Source of the DNA: Malacoraja senta | Lineage: Eukaryota | Length of the DNA stretch: 64,000 nucleotides | Direction: 5' to 3' | Assembly: GCA_038087875.1 (NCBI GenBank) | Contig: JAXLNO010001226.1 | Location: 1-64,000, forward strand | Shown here: positions 34,777 through 46,621 of the stretch, piece after piece | Numbering within the stretch: position 1 is the stretch's first letter | How the letters are laid out: the number at the start of each line of letters is the position of its first letter | Translations under genes and position numbers: made by a program | Notes under the pieces: model-generated | Told to the model about the DNA's origin: nothing | Database searches by the model: none | Seen by the model: only the letters and a program-made list of their open reading frames with translations

Positions 34777-36540
34777 CATATGTATACATACATAAGCACG
34801 TAACCCTGCAAAACAGCAAAAATTCACAACGTTATTATTCTCTACCTATCCTATTAATTTTTTCACTAAATCTATAAATCTAATTTTAAATTGAAAAATA
34901 AAGAGAAAAACCGTCAAACTTTATTATGACGTAGGCTAATTTACTTCTTACATATCTTCCTTTATAATATAAGTATGTAATTCATTTCTACGTTAATCGA
35001 AGACTATTAATTATTAATCATTGTTATCAATCATATACCGTATTAAATTTTTATGAGAAATATTAATGTTAATAATTTTAGTGGTAATATGGATATTTAA
35101 TAAGTATTAGTTGTTACCTATATAGTTAAATATGAATATACAAATAATAATGATGATTAGTAAACACAAAAAAAAAAAAAAATTTATATATAAAAAAAAA
35201 ATTACAAAGATCACGGTTTTGTCCAATGTCCTCCGTCCATTCCGGTTTCCGAATGTCCTTAAAGCTCTTAAAAGAACTTTAAAGGTCCTTTTAAATCTGG
35301 TAGTCCTGTTGGTCCTTGACTCCTAAGGAGTAATGTAAATTCTTCAGTCTATGGCCATGTTACCAACTTCTTTGGCGTATTGCAGTGCTTTTTCGTGGTC
35401 TGTAAAAAAGTGTTCCTTGGACTTGTAAGAGACTCTTAGTCTTGCGGGATAAAGCAAGCCGTATCTCAAATCAGGTACATTCTTCAGTATTCTTTTTGTC
35501 TCAATGAACAGCGCTCTTTTCTTGAAGACTTCTGCCGGATAATCTCGGTAAATACTGAATCTCACACCTTCAAAATGGAGTTGTCCGCCTCGAACAGTTT
35601 TCTTCATTATATCGTCAAATTCATGATCCATTTGCACCTTTACAATAATTTGTCTTGGATGGGCATCGTCTTGAGTACGTCGTCGCTGCGCTCTATGAGC
35701 TCGACCGAGTGAGGGTTTGTAATCCAATTTTAAGGCTTTTTGTAATAGGTCTGCCACGAAATCCCGAGTGCCCATTTCCCTCTCACTTCCTTCTTTCACC
35801 CCTACAATTCTTAAATTTTTACGTCTTTGCCGCCCCTCCAAATCGATACATTTATCACTTAATTTGATCACCATATCTGAAAGGCGTTGGTTTTCAGTAA
35901 GAAGTCGACTTACAGTTTCCTCACTTGTCCCAGCCCATTTCTCAAGTTCGGTTATCGCTGTTCTATGTTGATCAAGTACGTGATGAATGGGGTCCAGCTC
36001 CGTTTTAACCTTCGTTTCCACCGAAACGAGCCTGGCTTCCAGCACTTCCATCTGATCCTTGACCTCTTCCTCCCTCGTCCTCTTCCAGATTTCCAGCATT
36101 TGTTGAACGGTAGAATGCATTTCTGCTTTAAAATCTACCTTAAAAGAGTCGAGTTGCTCTTTAAAATTCTCTCCAAAGATTCTCATTTCGGCAGCGAGAA
36201 ATGTTTTAAGGTCCTCCATTTCAGACTTTTTCTGTTTTGTCATTTTCTTCGGAGGGTCTTCCTGGGTTTCCTGGGGCGTCTTTGTAACTGAGGCCGAGGC
36301 CTCTGTAGGGCCTTCCTCTTCCATCTGCGTTCTACCTTTAACGGCTTTTTTTTGTGTCACACGGGGGGGGGGTACGTTGTAACGACATACCGTAAAGTAG
36401 CGCGCTTGATGACGTCCCGCAGGCAGCCGTTCAGATCGAGATCGCTGCAGGTAAGACCCGATTTTCTCCCGTTTTTAGTTTTCTTCGGCACGGAGCTAGT
36501 TGGCGCTGGACTCAAGCCTCCATAGCGCCACCGGAAGTCT
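30767..36540 (-). mobile_element. Full-length L1/Tx1-clade LINE with intact ORF1 and disrupted ORF2
   Basis: 5' end gagacttccggtggcgctatgg; ORF1 35344-36360; ORF2 ATG at 34321 (EN to 32852), RT pieces 32259-32633 and 31862-32293, C-terminus 31143-31499; poly(T) on + at 30765-30790. Confidence 0.95.
35344..36360 (-). CDS. L1 ORF1p (coiled coil, RRM and CTD), 338 aa, uninterrupted
   Basis: DLEGRQRRKNLRIVG, RAHRA, RQIIVK, YGLLYPARLRV motifs. Confidence 0.9.
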   Translation of the reverse strand: MTQKKAVKGRTQMEEEGPTEASASVTKTPQETQEDPPKKMTKQKKSEMEDLKTFLAAEMRIFGENFKEQLDSFKVDFKAEMHSTVQQMLEIWKRTREEEVKDQMEVLEARLVSVETKVKTELDPIHHVLDQHRTAITELEKWAGTSEETVSRLLTENQRLSDMVIKLSDKCIDLEGRQRRKNLRIVGVKEGSEREMGTRDFVADLLQKALKLDYKPSLGRAHRAQRRRTQDDAHPRQIIVKVQMDHEFDDIMKKTVRGGQLHFEGVRFSIYRDYPAEVFKKRALFIETKRILKNVPDLRYGLLYPARLRVSYKSKEHFFTDHEKALQYAKEVGNMAID

Positions 36541-36545
36541 CTGTA

Positions 36546-37110
36546 CTCTGTACTCCCTCTATGGCAATAATGTCTTTCCTCAGATTAGGAGACCAAAACT
36601 ATGCAATCCTCCAGGTGTGGTCTCACCAAGACCCTGTACAACTGCAGTAGAACCTCCCTGCTCCTATACTCAAATCATTTTGCTATGAATGCTAACATAC
36701 CATTCGCTTTCTTCACTGCCTGCTGCATCTGCATGCCTACTTTCAATGACTGGTGTACCATGACACCCAGGTCTCGTTGCATCTCCCCTTTTCCTAATCG
36801 GCCACCATCGCCTCAGTCCACCCACCTGCCTTCCTCCGGCCCCAACCCCCATCCCTGCCGTGTGTTCACCATCCCCCCTGACCTCCCCCCTCTCAGATAC
36901 CGAACGGTCTGTCCTCAGCAGAGGCCACACCTTTGTCCCCCTCCGTCCCCACCTCAATGAGTTCCGCTCCCGCCTCGGTTTGGAACTCTTCTTCCCTCGC
37001 CTCCGCCTCACACCGTTCTTCCACGGGAAGGAGTCCTCGCCCCCATTGATGATCCCTTTTCCCGTCTCCAACTGACCCCATCCTCTTGGACCCCCCCCCC
37101 CCATGGCCAT
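36546..37110. repeat. Second copy of the 502-bp segment; the Penelope fragment continues (DDPFSRLQ) to about 37100
   Basis: Direct alignment with 30265-30766. Confidence 0.9.
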
Positions 37111-37770
37111 TGGGATAGTCGATGACGGAGTTGAAGGGAAAGAGAGTAAAGGGAGGGTTAATGACCCCAGAATTGATCCTCTCCACATCCACTCTATCCA
37201 AGCTTTTCACTATTTGGTATGATTCAATGAGGTCCCCCCTTATTCTTCTAAAATCCAGCGAGTACAGGTCCACTGCCATCAAATGCTCATCATATGTTAA
37301 TCCATTAATTCCTGGGATCATTCTTGTACACCTCCTCTGGACCCTATATAGAGCCAGCACATCCTTCCTCAGATATGGTGCCCAAAATTGCTCACATTGC
37401 TCCAAATATGGCTTGACTGGTGCCTTATAGAACCTCAGCATTACATCCCTGCTTGACAGGGAGAAAATGCAATTGATGTCTTTCATATTAGTTAGCCATG
37501 GATTTTCTTGACCACGGTTGACAGCCCCTAATCGGATTGCATCTCTTTTACACATCTCTATAGAGCATAGCGTTAAGCTTCGAAGGGCAAAATTTACACG
37601 AGTTGTGCAGGTCAAGTGTTTTTTTGCAGAGAGAGCTTGATACCTAGAATGCGCTACCAGGAGTGGTGGTAGAGGAGGACATGATAATGGTGCTTAAGAA
37701 GGTTTTGGACAGGCTTGTGGTTATGTAGGGAATACAAGGATATGGATCACATGCAGGCAGTGGAGATTAG
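37110..37770. mobile_element. Old degraded CR1 fragments in both orientations
   Basis: LVKPYLEQC-like and RIRGDLIESY motifs in minus ORF 36893-37615; a plus-strand CR1 3' UTR remnant follows. Confidence 0.7.
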
Positions 37771-38199
37771 TTTTGGTTTAGTTTGGAGATAGAGTATGGA
37801 AACAGGAACTTTGGGCCACTGAGTCCGCACTGACCAGCAATTGCCCATTCACTATTTCTGTCCGACAAGCTAGGGACAATTTACAGAAGCCAATTAACCT
37901 ACAAACCTGCACGTCTTTTGTATTTGGGAGGAAACCGGAGCCCCCAGAGAAAACCCACAGGGTGCCAGAGGGAACGTACAAACTCCGTCCAGACAGCACT
38001 CTAGTCAGGATCGAACCCGGGTCTCTAATGCTGTAAGACAGCCACTCTATCACTGTGCCAATGTGTTGCCACAGTTTAACTTGGTATCCTGTTCCACATG
38101 GACATTGCAGGCTGAAAGTCCTGTTCTTGTACTGTTCTATGTTCTATATATTCTCATTGGACAGGGCAGGGATATGTTTTCCACTCCTCCAGCCTCCAT

Positions 38200-38900
38200 G
38201 TTGAATACTTACTCCCAGTTTAAATCTGATTCAATTAGTCAATCCATTTCTCCCTCCCCTCCTGCCCTGATCCCCATTCCATATCTTGAAGTAGTCATTC
38301 CCTTTTTCACTCCATGGTCTGTCTACTATGCCCACAACTTTCCTCTACTTTCCTGTCTTGGTGCATGCAACATCTATCCATTTACCTCTTCCCTTCCCAC
38401 TGTCCATAGACCCAGGTAGTTCTTCAAAGTAAAACAGCGTGAAACACTTGGACTTCCAGTCAAATCTACTGCATTTGGTTTTCATGACGTAATCTTCCAC
38501 ATTGCATCAATGAAACAAATTGAGTGGCTGCTTTCTGGAGAACCTGCATTCAATCCATGGGACTTTCTAAGATTCCTAATTCCTGCCACTTTAATTCTCC
38601 ATTCAACACCCACCATGATCCATCCATCTGTACCTCTTACACTAGGATAACAAGGGTGAAAGTGTCCATGAGGACCAACAACTCAGCTTCTGTCTGGACA
38701 TGTTGCAGCCTTTCAAACTCAATTCCACATTCAATGAGTTGCATTCGCTGTCGATAAAAGAACTGGTCATTTCAACTGTTAAGTTGAAGACAGAAGGAAC
38801 AGATGCAAGAAGTATGAAGCAGGATCCCAAGCTGAAACATTACATAACCATGTCTTCCAGATGCTGCCTGAACCACTGAGTTACACCTGCACGTTTTTGT
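38200..38900 (+). mobile_element. Degraded Penelope-like element 3' end (GIY-YIG region and terminal repeat)
   Basis: Recognised similarity to the cartilaginous-fish Penelope 3' consensus (cactttaattctcc...aacaactcagcttctgtctgg); followed by a decayed hairpin arm. Confidence 0.5.
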
Positions 38901-41163
38901 GTTTTTTGTAATTACAGTAAAGTTATCCACCAGCAAAATCAGGACAGCCTGACCTACTTGAGTACTGCAGCATGTGCTGCATTTTATATAACTCTGTTTA
39001 GTTTCATGCATGCAGAGATGCAGTGAAATGGTTTGGATGGAACAGCAGATGCTGGACACCCCGTCACTTCTCTCCAGAGATGTTGCCTGTCCCACTGAGT
39101 TACTCCAGCTTTTTGTGTCTATCTGCAGTGAAATGGTTGTTCTGCATTCTCTCCAGTCAAGTCATACTGTACATAAGTACAATTCGTCCTCTTCTGGAAC
39201 AGCACGCAGAGATCCACCACATTCCAGGACTGTCTTGCAGCTTTCAAGTCTCTGAGAAGTCTGATTTTGCCCTAAGGAAATACCCAATTTCTAATTTTCT
39301 CATGTTAAGGCCCAGTGTCATAACAGCACTGGATTGATGAAGTAGAGGGGCCTTCCTCAGTTTAAGTTTTTCTGTTTCAAGATTGTGATCAAACCCTCGT
39401 CACTGGAACTGTGCCGCAGTGCCACCCATTACGTATCAGTCCCAATTATCTTTCAACATGCTGGAATCACTTGTTTTTTTATCCTTTTTAGACTTTTTTC
39501 ATGAATTGTTCAACATAAACAGTTATGCTACAACAAAGTTAAGCGCAGCTACCACTTAGTTCCAGAGACGTAACAACACAAGAGATAGTGTTGGAAGAAT
39601 GATCCTTCACACATAGTGGTTATTAGTAACTCTGCAGAGGAAACACAAGGTGCATTCTTCTCAGCATGCTTACTACCAGTCTACCAGAGAGAGAGAGGGA
39701 GAGAGAGAGAGAGCTGTCTAATAAGCCTGTGGGCGGAGCCACAGTATGAGTGACACTAATCTACAGATAGGCACAGGGATAAGTTTCGGTTTATTATTGT
39801 CACGTTTAGTTTCGAGGTAAAGCATGGAAATAGGCCTTTTGGCCCACTGAACCTGTGCTGACTAACGACCACCCAAATATTAGTTCTATACTACACACTA
39901 GGGACAATTTACAGAAGCCAAAAAACTTACAAACCTGCACTTCTTTGAATGTGACGGAACTGTAACAAGTCAACTCAAGTACTGTAGGTAGAGCAAAGGG
40001 GAAGGTACAGAGTGTGGCATATAGTTCTCAGCAATGTAGCACACCAGTTCCATTAGATAAGGGTTTCGACACAAAACGTGACACATTCCTTCTCTCCAGA
40101 GATGCTGCCTGACCCGTTGAGTTACTCTAGCATTTTGTATCTATCTGCGGTTTAAACAAGCATCTACAGTTCCTTCCTGCATAGTTCCATAAACAAAGTC
40201 CACTGTCTGTAATGGGGTAGTGGTCAATTGGACAGAACCCTAGCTTATGGAACGATCATTCAGAAGCCTGATTTTCGCCTCAGTTATCAAGTAAGCCATT
40301 TGGTCCTCTAACCTGCCCACCATTCAATATGACCATGGCTGACGTTCCTCAGGCATCAACTCCTGTTCGGTGCCAGTTCCTCGTTGCACTCAATTCTCCA
40401 ATCTTTCAAAAGTTTAACTACCGCCATATTAAATGCTTCCAATGATTTTGTCTTCACAAATCTCTGGCGCCAGAGAATGACCACACTCTGCAAAAAGAGA
40501 TTTTGTAAACAAATGACTGGTCTCTTTTATCTCTTATTGAAGAGGAGTGAAAATACTGCCAATTTTAAGCTTGTCCCCTCCCCAATTGGCCCTCAATTAT
40601 TTATTATTGTCAATAATATGCCCTAGCGAAAAGATTTGCTGTTGGTATTAGTTTATTATTGTCATGTGAACTGAGATATAGTCAAAAGTTTGTCTGTGTG
40701 TTATCCAATCAGATCATACTTCACATGTGCAATCAAGCCATCCACAAGTAGAACAGTGCAAAGAGAAAAATACTCCGAGTGCAGAATATCGGGTTACAAT
40801 ATCATAGCATTACAGTTACTGAGAAAGTGCAGATCAAAAAGAGTTGCAAGGATCACAATGAGATTGGTTGGAAGATCAGGGCAACATCTTATCTTACATG
40901 AGAATCATTCAGTAGTCCAATAACAGCGGGGAAGAAGCTGTTCCTGAATTTAATGGTACGTACTTTCAAACTTTCTTGTGTACTGTCTTAACAGGGAGGG
41001 TACGATCCCTTTTAAACCACGTGGTTGGTTAATGGTGACGAAAGAGGCAAAATGGGTCAGATGTAGACAGTAACTTGGTGGTTGTAGTAGACTGAAGAAT
41101 ATTTTGTGATGGGTGACTGCACATTTTACTGAAGGTGAAAATAACCATCTTACTGGCTTGTAG

Positions 41164-41430
41164 TTTCCCCTGAGGTCACTCTCGCTGCCCGCCCTGATGA
41201 TCATTCAGTCCTGTACTGCACTGTGTTTGGATTTTACCCACCGGCCATCAATGTCAGCTGGTTGCAGAATGGTCAGCATGTGTCTGAGACAAAATCTTCT
41301 GGGGTCATACCCAACAACGATGGAACATATCATCTAAGGTCTGTCCTTGAGTATGATCCGTATGATGGGAAACAGTATTCCTGTCATGTCAATCACAGCA
41401 GCCTGCCCGGTGGGAAGACCATCATCTGGG
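41164..41430 (+). CDS. MHC class I-like heavy chain, alpha3 (Ig C1-set) exon
   Basis: ttgtag|...|gtaag, 267 bp, phase 1-1. Peptide VSPEVTLAARPDDHSVLYCTVFGFYPPAINVSWLQNGQHVSETKSSGVIPNNDGTYHLRSVLEYDPYDGKQYSCHVNHSSLPGGKTIIW has the C-x3-GFYP, W, PNxDGTY and YSCxVxH hallmarks. Confidence 0.9.
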
Positions 41431-41502
41431 GTAAGAACGTTAAATATTCTTTCATAGATAATCATTATCTTCTGTTGTTTCCATTTTAATCATTGTGACT
41501 AC

Positions 41503-42552
41503 ATGTAGGTATGTTACAAAACTTACCTTCAGCTACGCTGCAGTTCTGTCACTGCCCGTGTGCGCGACTTTGGCGCCTTTGAGAGGGGGGCAGGTTTAAA
41601 ATCTGATATTTCGGCAGCCTATTCTAAACGATCTTGAACAGGCTAAATAGTTGATGAAGAAAAATCGCTTTGACTGCTGTTTTATTAAGTTTATTACTAT
41701 TAGCACTTTATAATTTAATTGTTGGAGTAAAATTAAAATCATCTTCAAATGCCGTAAACGCCGACAACGGGGACGGATTTCACGCACGGGACCAGGCAAG
41801 GTACACCATTTTTTTTTTCATATAAACTTGCTTCTTACGATGCCTTTAATAATAATTTCAAGTTGCGAAAATGTGATTATTTAAATATACCAACCGGCAG
41901 TATTTTTCCTGCCGATATTGGGGTTTAATTCAGTGCTACCGCAGCGTTCCAAACCAGCGCGTTCCACAAAATCCCATTCGCAAGATGATTTAAATGGCCA
42001 TTAATTTACAGGAATTAAACACGAAATTCCTTCCATTTGGCCTATAAATTAATGACAATGAGATTTAAAAATAATGTTATATTGTGAATTCTTGTGTGAA
42101 TGTTATTTGGACACAGGCTATTTAAAAATGTTAACTTTTTCTTAAGAAATGGATAGATATTTAGATCTAGTAATTGAATTTTGTAATTAGCTACAATTGG
42201 GTAACTAACTAATTATATGCTTTAATTTCAGGTCATTCAAGTAAGATTGTTTCATATTTGTTTCAGAATGCTTCAATCTATAATAACTGAAAATGTCATT
42301 AAGTTCTCTTAATTTTTAAGAAAGTTATGGCCTTTTGACTGTCCTTGATCACAGCTATTGTGTTAAGTCAATGGAAAAGCAATAGGGAACAAGATGCAAA
42401 TTTCTGAGTATGAAAATGGCCAAACTTTTTTAATACTGAAGATATGAAAGTGAATTAGGTGTCAAATTAAACTTATTTTTATGCTTTATCTGATGGGATA
42501 AATTACAGACTTGATTTTTAAAATCTCAAAATTTTGTGACATTGCTACTACA
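41503..42552. mobile_element. Non-autonomous DNA transposon (unclassified MITE-like) in the intron
   Basis: Imperfect TIRs atgtaggtatgttacaaaa / ttttgtgacattgctactacat; non-coding interior. Confidence 0.55.
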
Positions 42553-42704
42553 TCCCATATTCCAAGATGCTGAAACTTTCTTTGTTTAGTGGTGTTGCTC
42601 TAATCAATCACGTAATCAGCACCCACTCTCCACATGAGCAGAAGACTTTGTCAACAGAAAATTTACTAAAAGTAAGTAAATAAATAACTAATATACAAGG
42701 AAGG

Positions 42705-44070
42705 AGTATTTGAAATGAAAATGAAAATGAAATGCCATTTTATTGTCACTATACACATGTACAATGAGATTAAAAGCAGCTCGTACTCATTGCAGACATG
42801 TAATTAGTTCAAAAAACAAAAAACAAAACGGGGGGGGATAAGGTGCACAGTTCTGCGGTGCTATATACATATCTATATAAAGACAATGGGTGAATAGAGT
42901 GAATAAATAGGATTCCTATATACAGTATGGGTTATTGCACATATTAAAAATTACAGTGGAAGTCCGAAGGTTAAGCTGTGAAGTCAGTGCATGTGTGAGT
43001 TCAGAGAGGTTATGGCTTTTGGAAAGCAACTGTTCTTGAGTCTATTTGTCCTTGTTCTGATGCACCTATAGCGCCTCCCTGAGGGCAACAGGTCAAACAG
43101 GCCAAACGCAGGATGGGAGCTGTCCTTGATGATGTTCTTCGCCCTGCTGAGGCAGCAGGAGGTGTAAATGTCCATCAGGGAGGGGAGAGGGCAGCCAATG
43201 ATCTTCTGTGCTGCCCTAACTACCCTCTGAAGCCTCTCCCTGTCTGCCATGGTGCAGCTGCCGTACCATGCTGTAATGCAGTATGTCAGCAGGCTCTCAA
43301 TGGACGAGCGGTAGAAGGTCAGCAGCAGGTTGGAGTCCAGGTTGCGCTTCCTGAGGACCATCAGGAAGTGCAGCCGCTGCTGAGCCTTCTTGATGACCGC
43401 TGTGATGTTGTCTGTCCAGGAGATGTCAGCGGAGATGAGGACGCTGAGGAACCGGAAGGTGTAGACCCTCTCCACACACTCGCCATTGACGTATAGGGGG
43501 CTAAGTCGGTGCTGTGCCTCCTGACGTCGACAATGAGCTCTTTTGTTTTCTTGGTGTTCAGAGCCACGTTGTTTTCTGAGCACCAGGCTGTCAACTTCAG
43601 GACTTCCTCTCTATAGGCTTCCTCGCCTCCCCTTGAGATGAGTCCGACTACTGTAGTGTCGTCAGCAAACTTGACGATACGGTTGTTGTGGGCCGGACTA
43701 CAGTCGTGGGTGTAGAGACAGTATAGGAGGGGGCTTAGCACACAGCCCTGTGGGGAGCCGGTACTCAACATGCGAGTGGAGGAGAGGTGGGGGCCGAGTC
43801 TCACAGTCTGGGGCCGGTTGGTGAGGAACTCCTTTATCCAGGCACATGTGAGAGTGGGGAGGCCAAGAGTGACCAGTTTGTCAATGAGAATGTCCGGAAT
43901 GATAGTATTGAAAGCTGAGCTGTAATCCACAAAGAGCATCCGGACGTAGCTCTGCCCCTGCTCCAGGTGGCTCAGCAGAGTGGAGAGCTACGGTGATGGC
44001 ATCTTCTGTGGATCTGTTTGGGCGATAGGCGAATTGGTGGGGGTCGAAGTCTGGATTCTCAGTGGTGGAA
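42705..44070 (-). mobile_element. Rex1/Babar-clade LINE 3' part
   Basis: [56 protein letters not shown]; (tgaaaa)n tail. Confidence 0.9.
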
Positions 44071-44219
44071 CTGATATCCATGAAAGGTATGTTTAAATAA
44101 ATAATGAATCTTTCCTCATGATGTGATTAACAGCAAGGCACTGGGGGAGTACATGCCCCAATCCGAATCAATGGTCCGAAGTAGAAATGATTGAATTGTG
44201 AATTTATCCAATATTCTGT

Positions 44220-44820
44220 CATGGACTGGCCACATAGCCAAGGAGGCACACCAACACCTCTACTTCCTCAGGAGACTGAGGATATTCATCATGTCTCTGG
44301 TGACTCCAGCAAACATCTATAGATGCTGCTAGAGAAAGCATGTTGTTGGGTTGCATCACATCTTGATTTGGGAACTGCACTGCCCAAGACTGCAAGAATA
44401 TACAAAGAGTTAAAGATCATCACACAGCCCAGACTTCCCACTATTGATTCAGTCTGCACCAGGTTGCCTTGGAAAACAAGACTTATCCCACCCCGGTCAT
44501 TCCTCCTTCCTGCTCCCATCAGGCAATAGGTACTGAAAATTGAAAATAAGCACTGCCAGACTCAGGAACACCCCCTTTCCACCTGTTAACAGGCTTCGGA
44601 AGGGTCCTTCCATAATGTAGATTTAATGCCCGATTCACCTCAGCCTCATTGAACATTGAACATTGTCCATGGAACTGATGCGTTACAATGCTGAGAACTA
44701 TATTCTGTACTCTGTATCCTCCTCTTTGCTCTATCTATTGTTTTTGAGTTTTTTATTTATGTATAGTATTATCTAATTTGTTTGGATAGCATACAAAACA
44801 AACCTTTGCACTATCTTGAA
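44220..44820 (+). mobile_element. Old Rex1-like 3' remnant
   Basis: caacacctctacttcctcaggagactgagg (QRLYFLRRL-like) and a typical 3' UTR. Confidence 0.55.
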
Positions 44821-46513
44821 ACATCTGACATTAATAAAACTAAACCTAATGAAGTAAGTTCCCTGACGCAAGTTACAGATTCAGCAACGAAAAATATAAC
44901 TGCCTGACAAACAGCGATCGTAGTAGTTTGATTCCAGGTATGCTGCACTAACCTACACAAATGTTCACTTTTGAAGATTCCCTCGAACAATGCACAACTA
45001 AGGAATCTGATGTTTCACTCTGAAGACTGTTGACATACTCCAGAACTTAATTTTCAACCTATCTATGTATCATCAGCAATCTAGGCTACAGCGCCACCAG
45101 TCCCTTCATCTGCTCTTAATTCTAACGATAAGTAGTTCACTTTCTTGCCTTGATTCCCAACCTGCAGTTGCAGTTTCCCAACCTGAACACTCCTTTAAGA
45201 CAACTCTCTGCTTGCTCTTAATTGTTTTTCCATTCATGCTAATTATTACCCCCAATGTCATAAGCCATGTGCCTTTGCATCACTTGATCAGATATCTTAT
45301 GAAAATCCAGATATTCTGGCGACATCTGGTGGTCAGGCCACTTATTGCTAGAACCCTCGTCAGGGGAGCAGGGACTATCACGTGACAGGGTTTTGGTGGG
45401 AGTTGGTGATGAGTTAATCGCCAGTCAACTGGTGTGCCCGATTACAATGGCAGGAACTTTGCTCAAGTCCTTACTAAACGTGAGTGTGCCAAAACTATTT
45501 CTTAAAAAAAACATTGATTTGTTCACGACGCTTGGATCTCTACAATATATTGTATTTCTTTTGTTTCTCATTCCAATTTTGTTACCTATTCTGCTTTTCC
45601 ATCATTTTGCTTTTGAATTTTAGTGTGTACACACCTGCTGCTCGAATATACATTGTCTACGGGTTCCTGTTGCATTTTCAAAGAATTCAAATCAATTTCT
45701 CAAACAAAGTTTGAAGAAGGGTCCGTAAACAAAATGTCACCTGTCCATGTGTAGGGAGAAACTGCAAATGCTGGTTTACACTGAAGATGGACACAAATTG
45801 CTGGAATAACTCAGCTGGTCAGGCAGCATCTCTGGAGAAAAGGAATAGGTGATGTTTTGGGTCACGATCCTTCTGACTGAGTCCATGATCGCCAGAGATG
45901 TTGCCTTTTCCGCTGAGTTACTCCAGCATTTTGTGTCTATCATGTATATTCTTTCCACTGACTGGTTAGCACGTAACAAAAGCTTTTCACTGTACCTCAG
46001 TACTCGTGACAATAAACTAAACTAAAGCTTTTGTGTAAATCAGTATCTGCATCTCTTTCATTCTACAATTTTCCTGTTAATGCACTTTATTGTTTTGTTA
46101 TTACTTAAATGTTCTGCCATTACTGAAAGGAATCCAGCATTTTTCCCAAAACAGATGTTAGTTTATATAGGGTTAAAGCTTTCTGCTTTCAATTCACCTT
46201 CTTTCTTGAATTAAGTTGTGGCTGTGATGGTGCCATAGATCATAGAGTTGTACAGAACATATATTGTCCCTTTGCCATGCTGCAGAACTCCGTGATTCAA
46301 AACACCATATCATCTTATATACCTTGAAAAGTGCCAAAGATAGACACAAAATGCTGGAGTAACTCAGCGGTCAGGTAGCATCTCTGGAGAAAAGGAATAG
46401 GTGCAATTTCGGGTCGAGACCCTTCTTCACTCTGAAGTCTTCAGACAGTGCCCATCTATTTAGCTGCACAGCTTAACAATTGATTTGTAAAATTATGCAT
46501 TCTTATTTTTCAG

Positions 46514-46621
46514 AAGTAAATAGGAAGAAAGACAGGCACATAGGCCTTATTGCTGTGTGTGTGCTGATATTGCTGGCTATTCTCTTGGCAGTAATTGTTT
46601 GGTGGAGAAAAAAGAGGAGAG
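46514..46621 (+). CDS. Connecting peptide/transmembrane exon of the MHC class I-like gene
   Basis: tatttttcag|...|gtaag, 108 bp, phase 1-1. (E)VNRKKDRHIGLIAVCVLILLAILLAVIVWWRKKRR is a 22-residue hydrophobic helix followed by a basic stop-transfer. In frame with the alpha3 exon. Confidence 0.88.

Noticed and set aside
39690-39760. GC box (gggcggagcc) next to a (GA)n run as the promoter of the MHC-like gene
   Set aside because: It is a single motif with no CpG island, ATG/leader exon or S-X-Y module nearby; it may be a repeat remnant.
13304-41430. Chimeric gene splicing the AIP-like exon 1 onto the MHC alpha3 exon
   Set aside because: The donor at 13423 is phase 0 and the alpha3 acceptor is phase 1, so a direct splice frameshifts. 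Exon 1 also has no signal peptide.
41164-46621. MHC class II or W-category chain
   Set aside because: The TM helix lacks the spaced glycines of class II chains and the C1 domain lacks the class II beta NGDWT motif. The ETKSxGVxPNxDGxY...E(Y/F)DP pattern fits shark class I alpha3.
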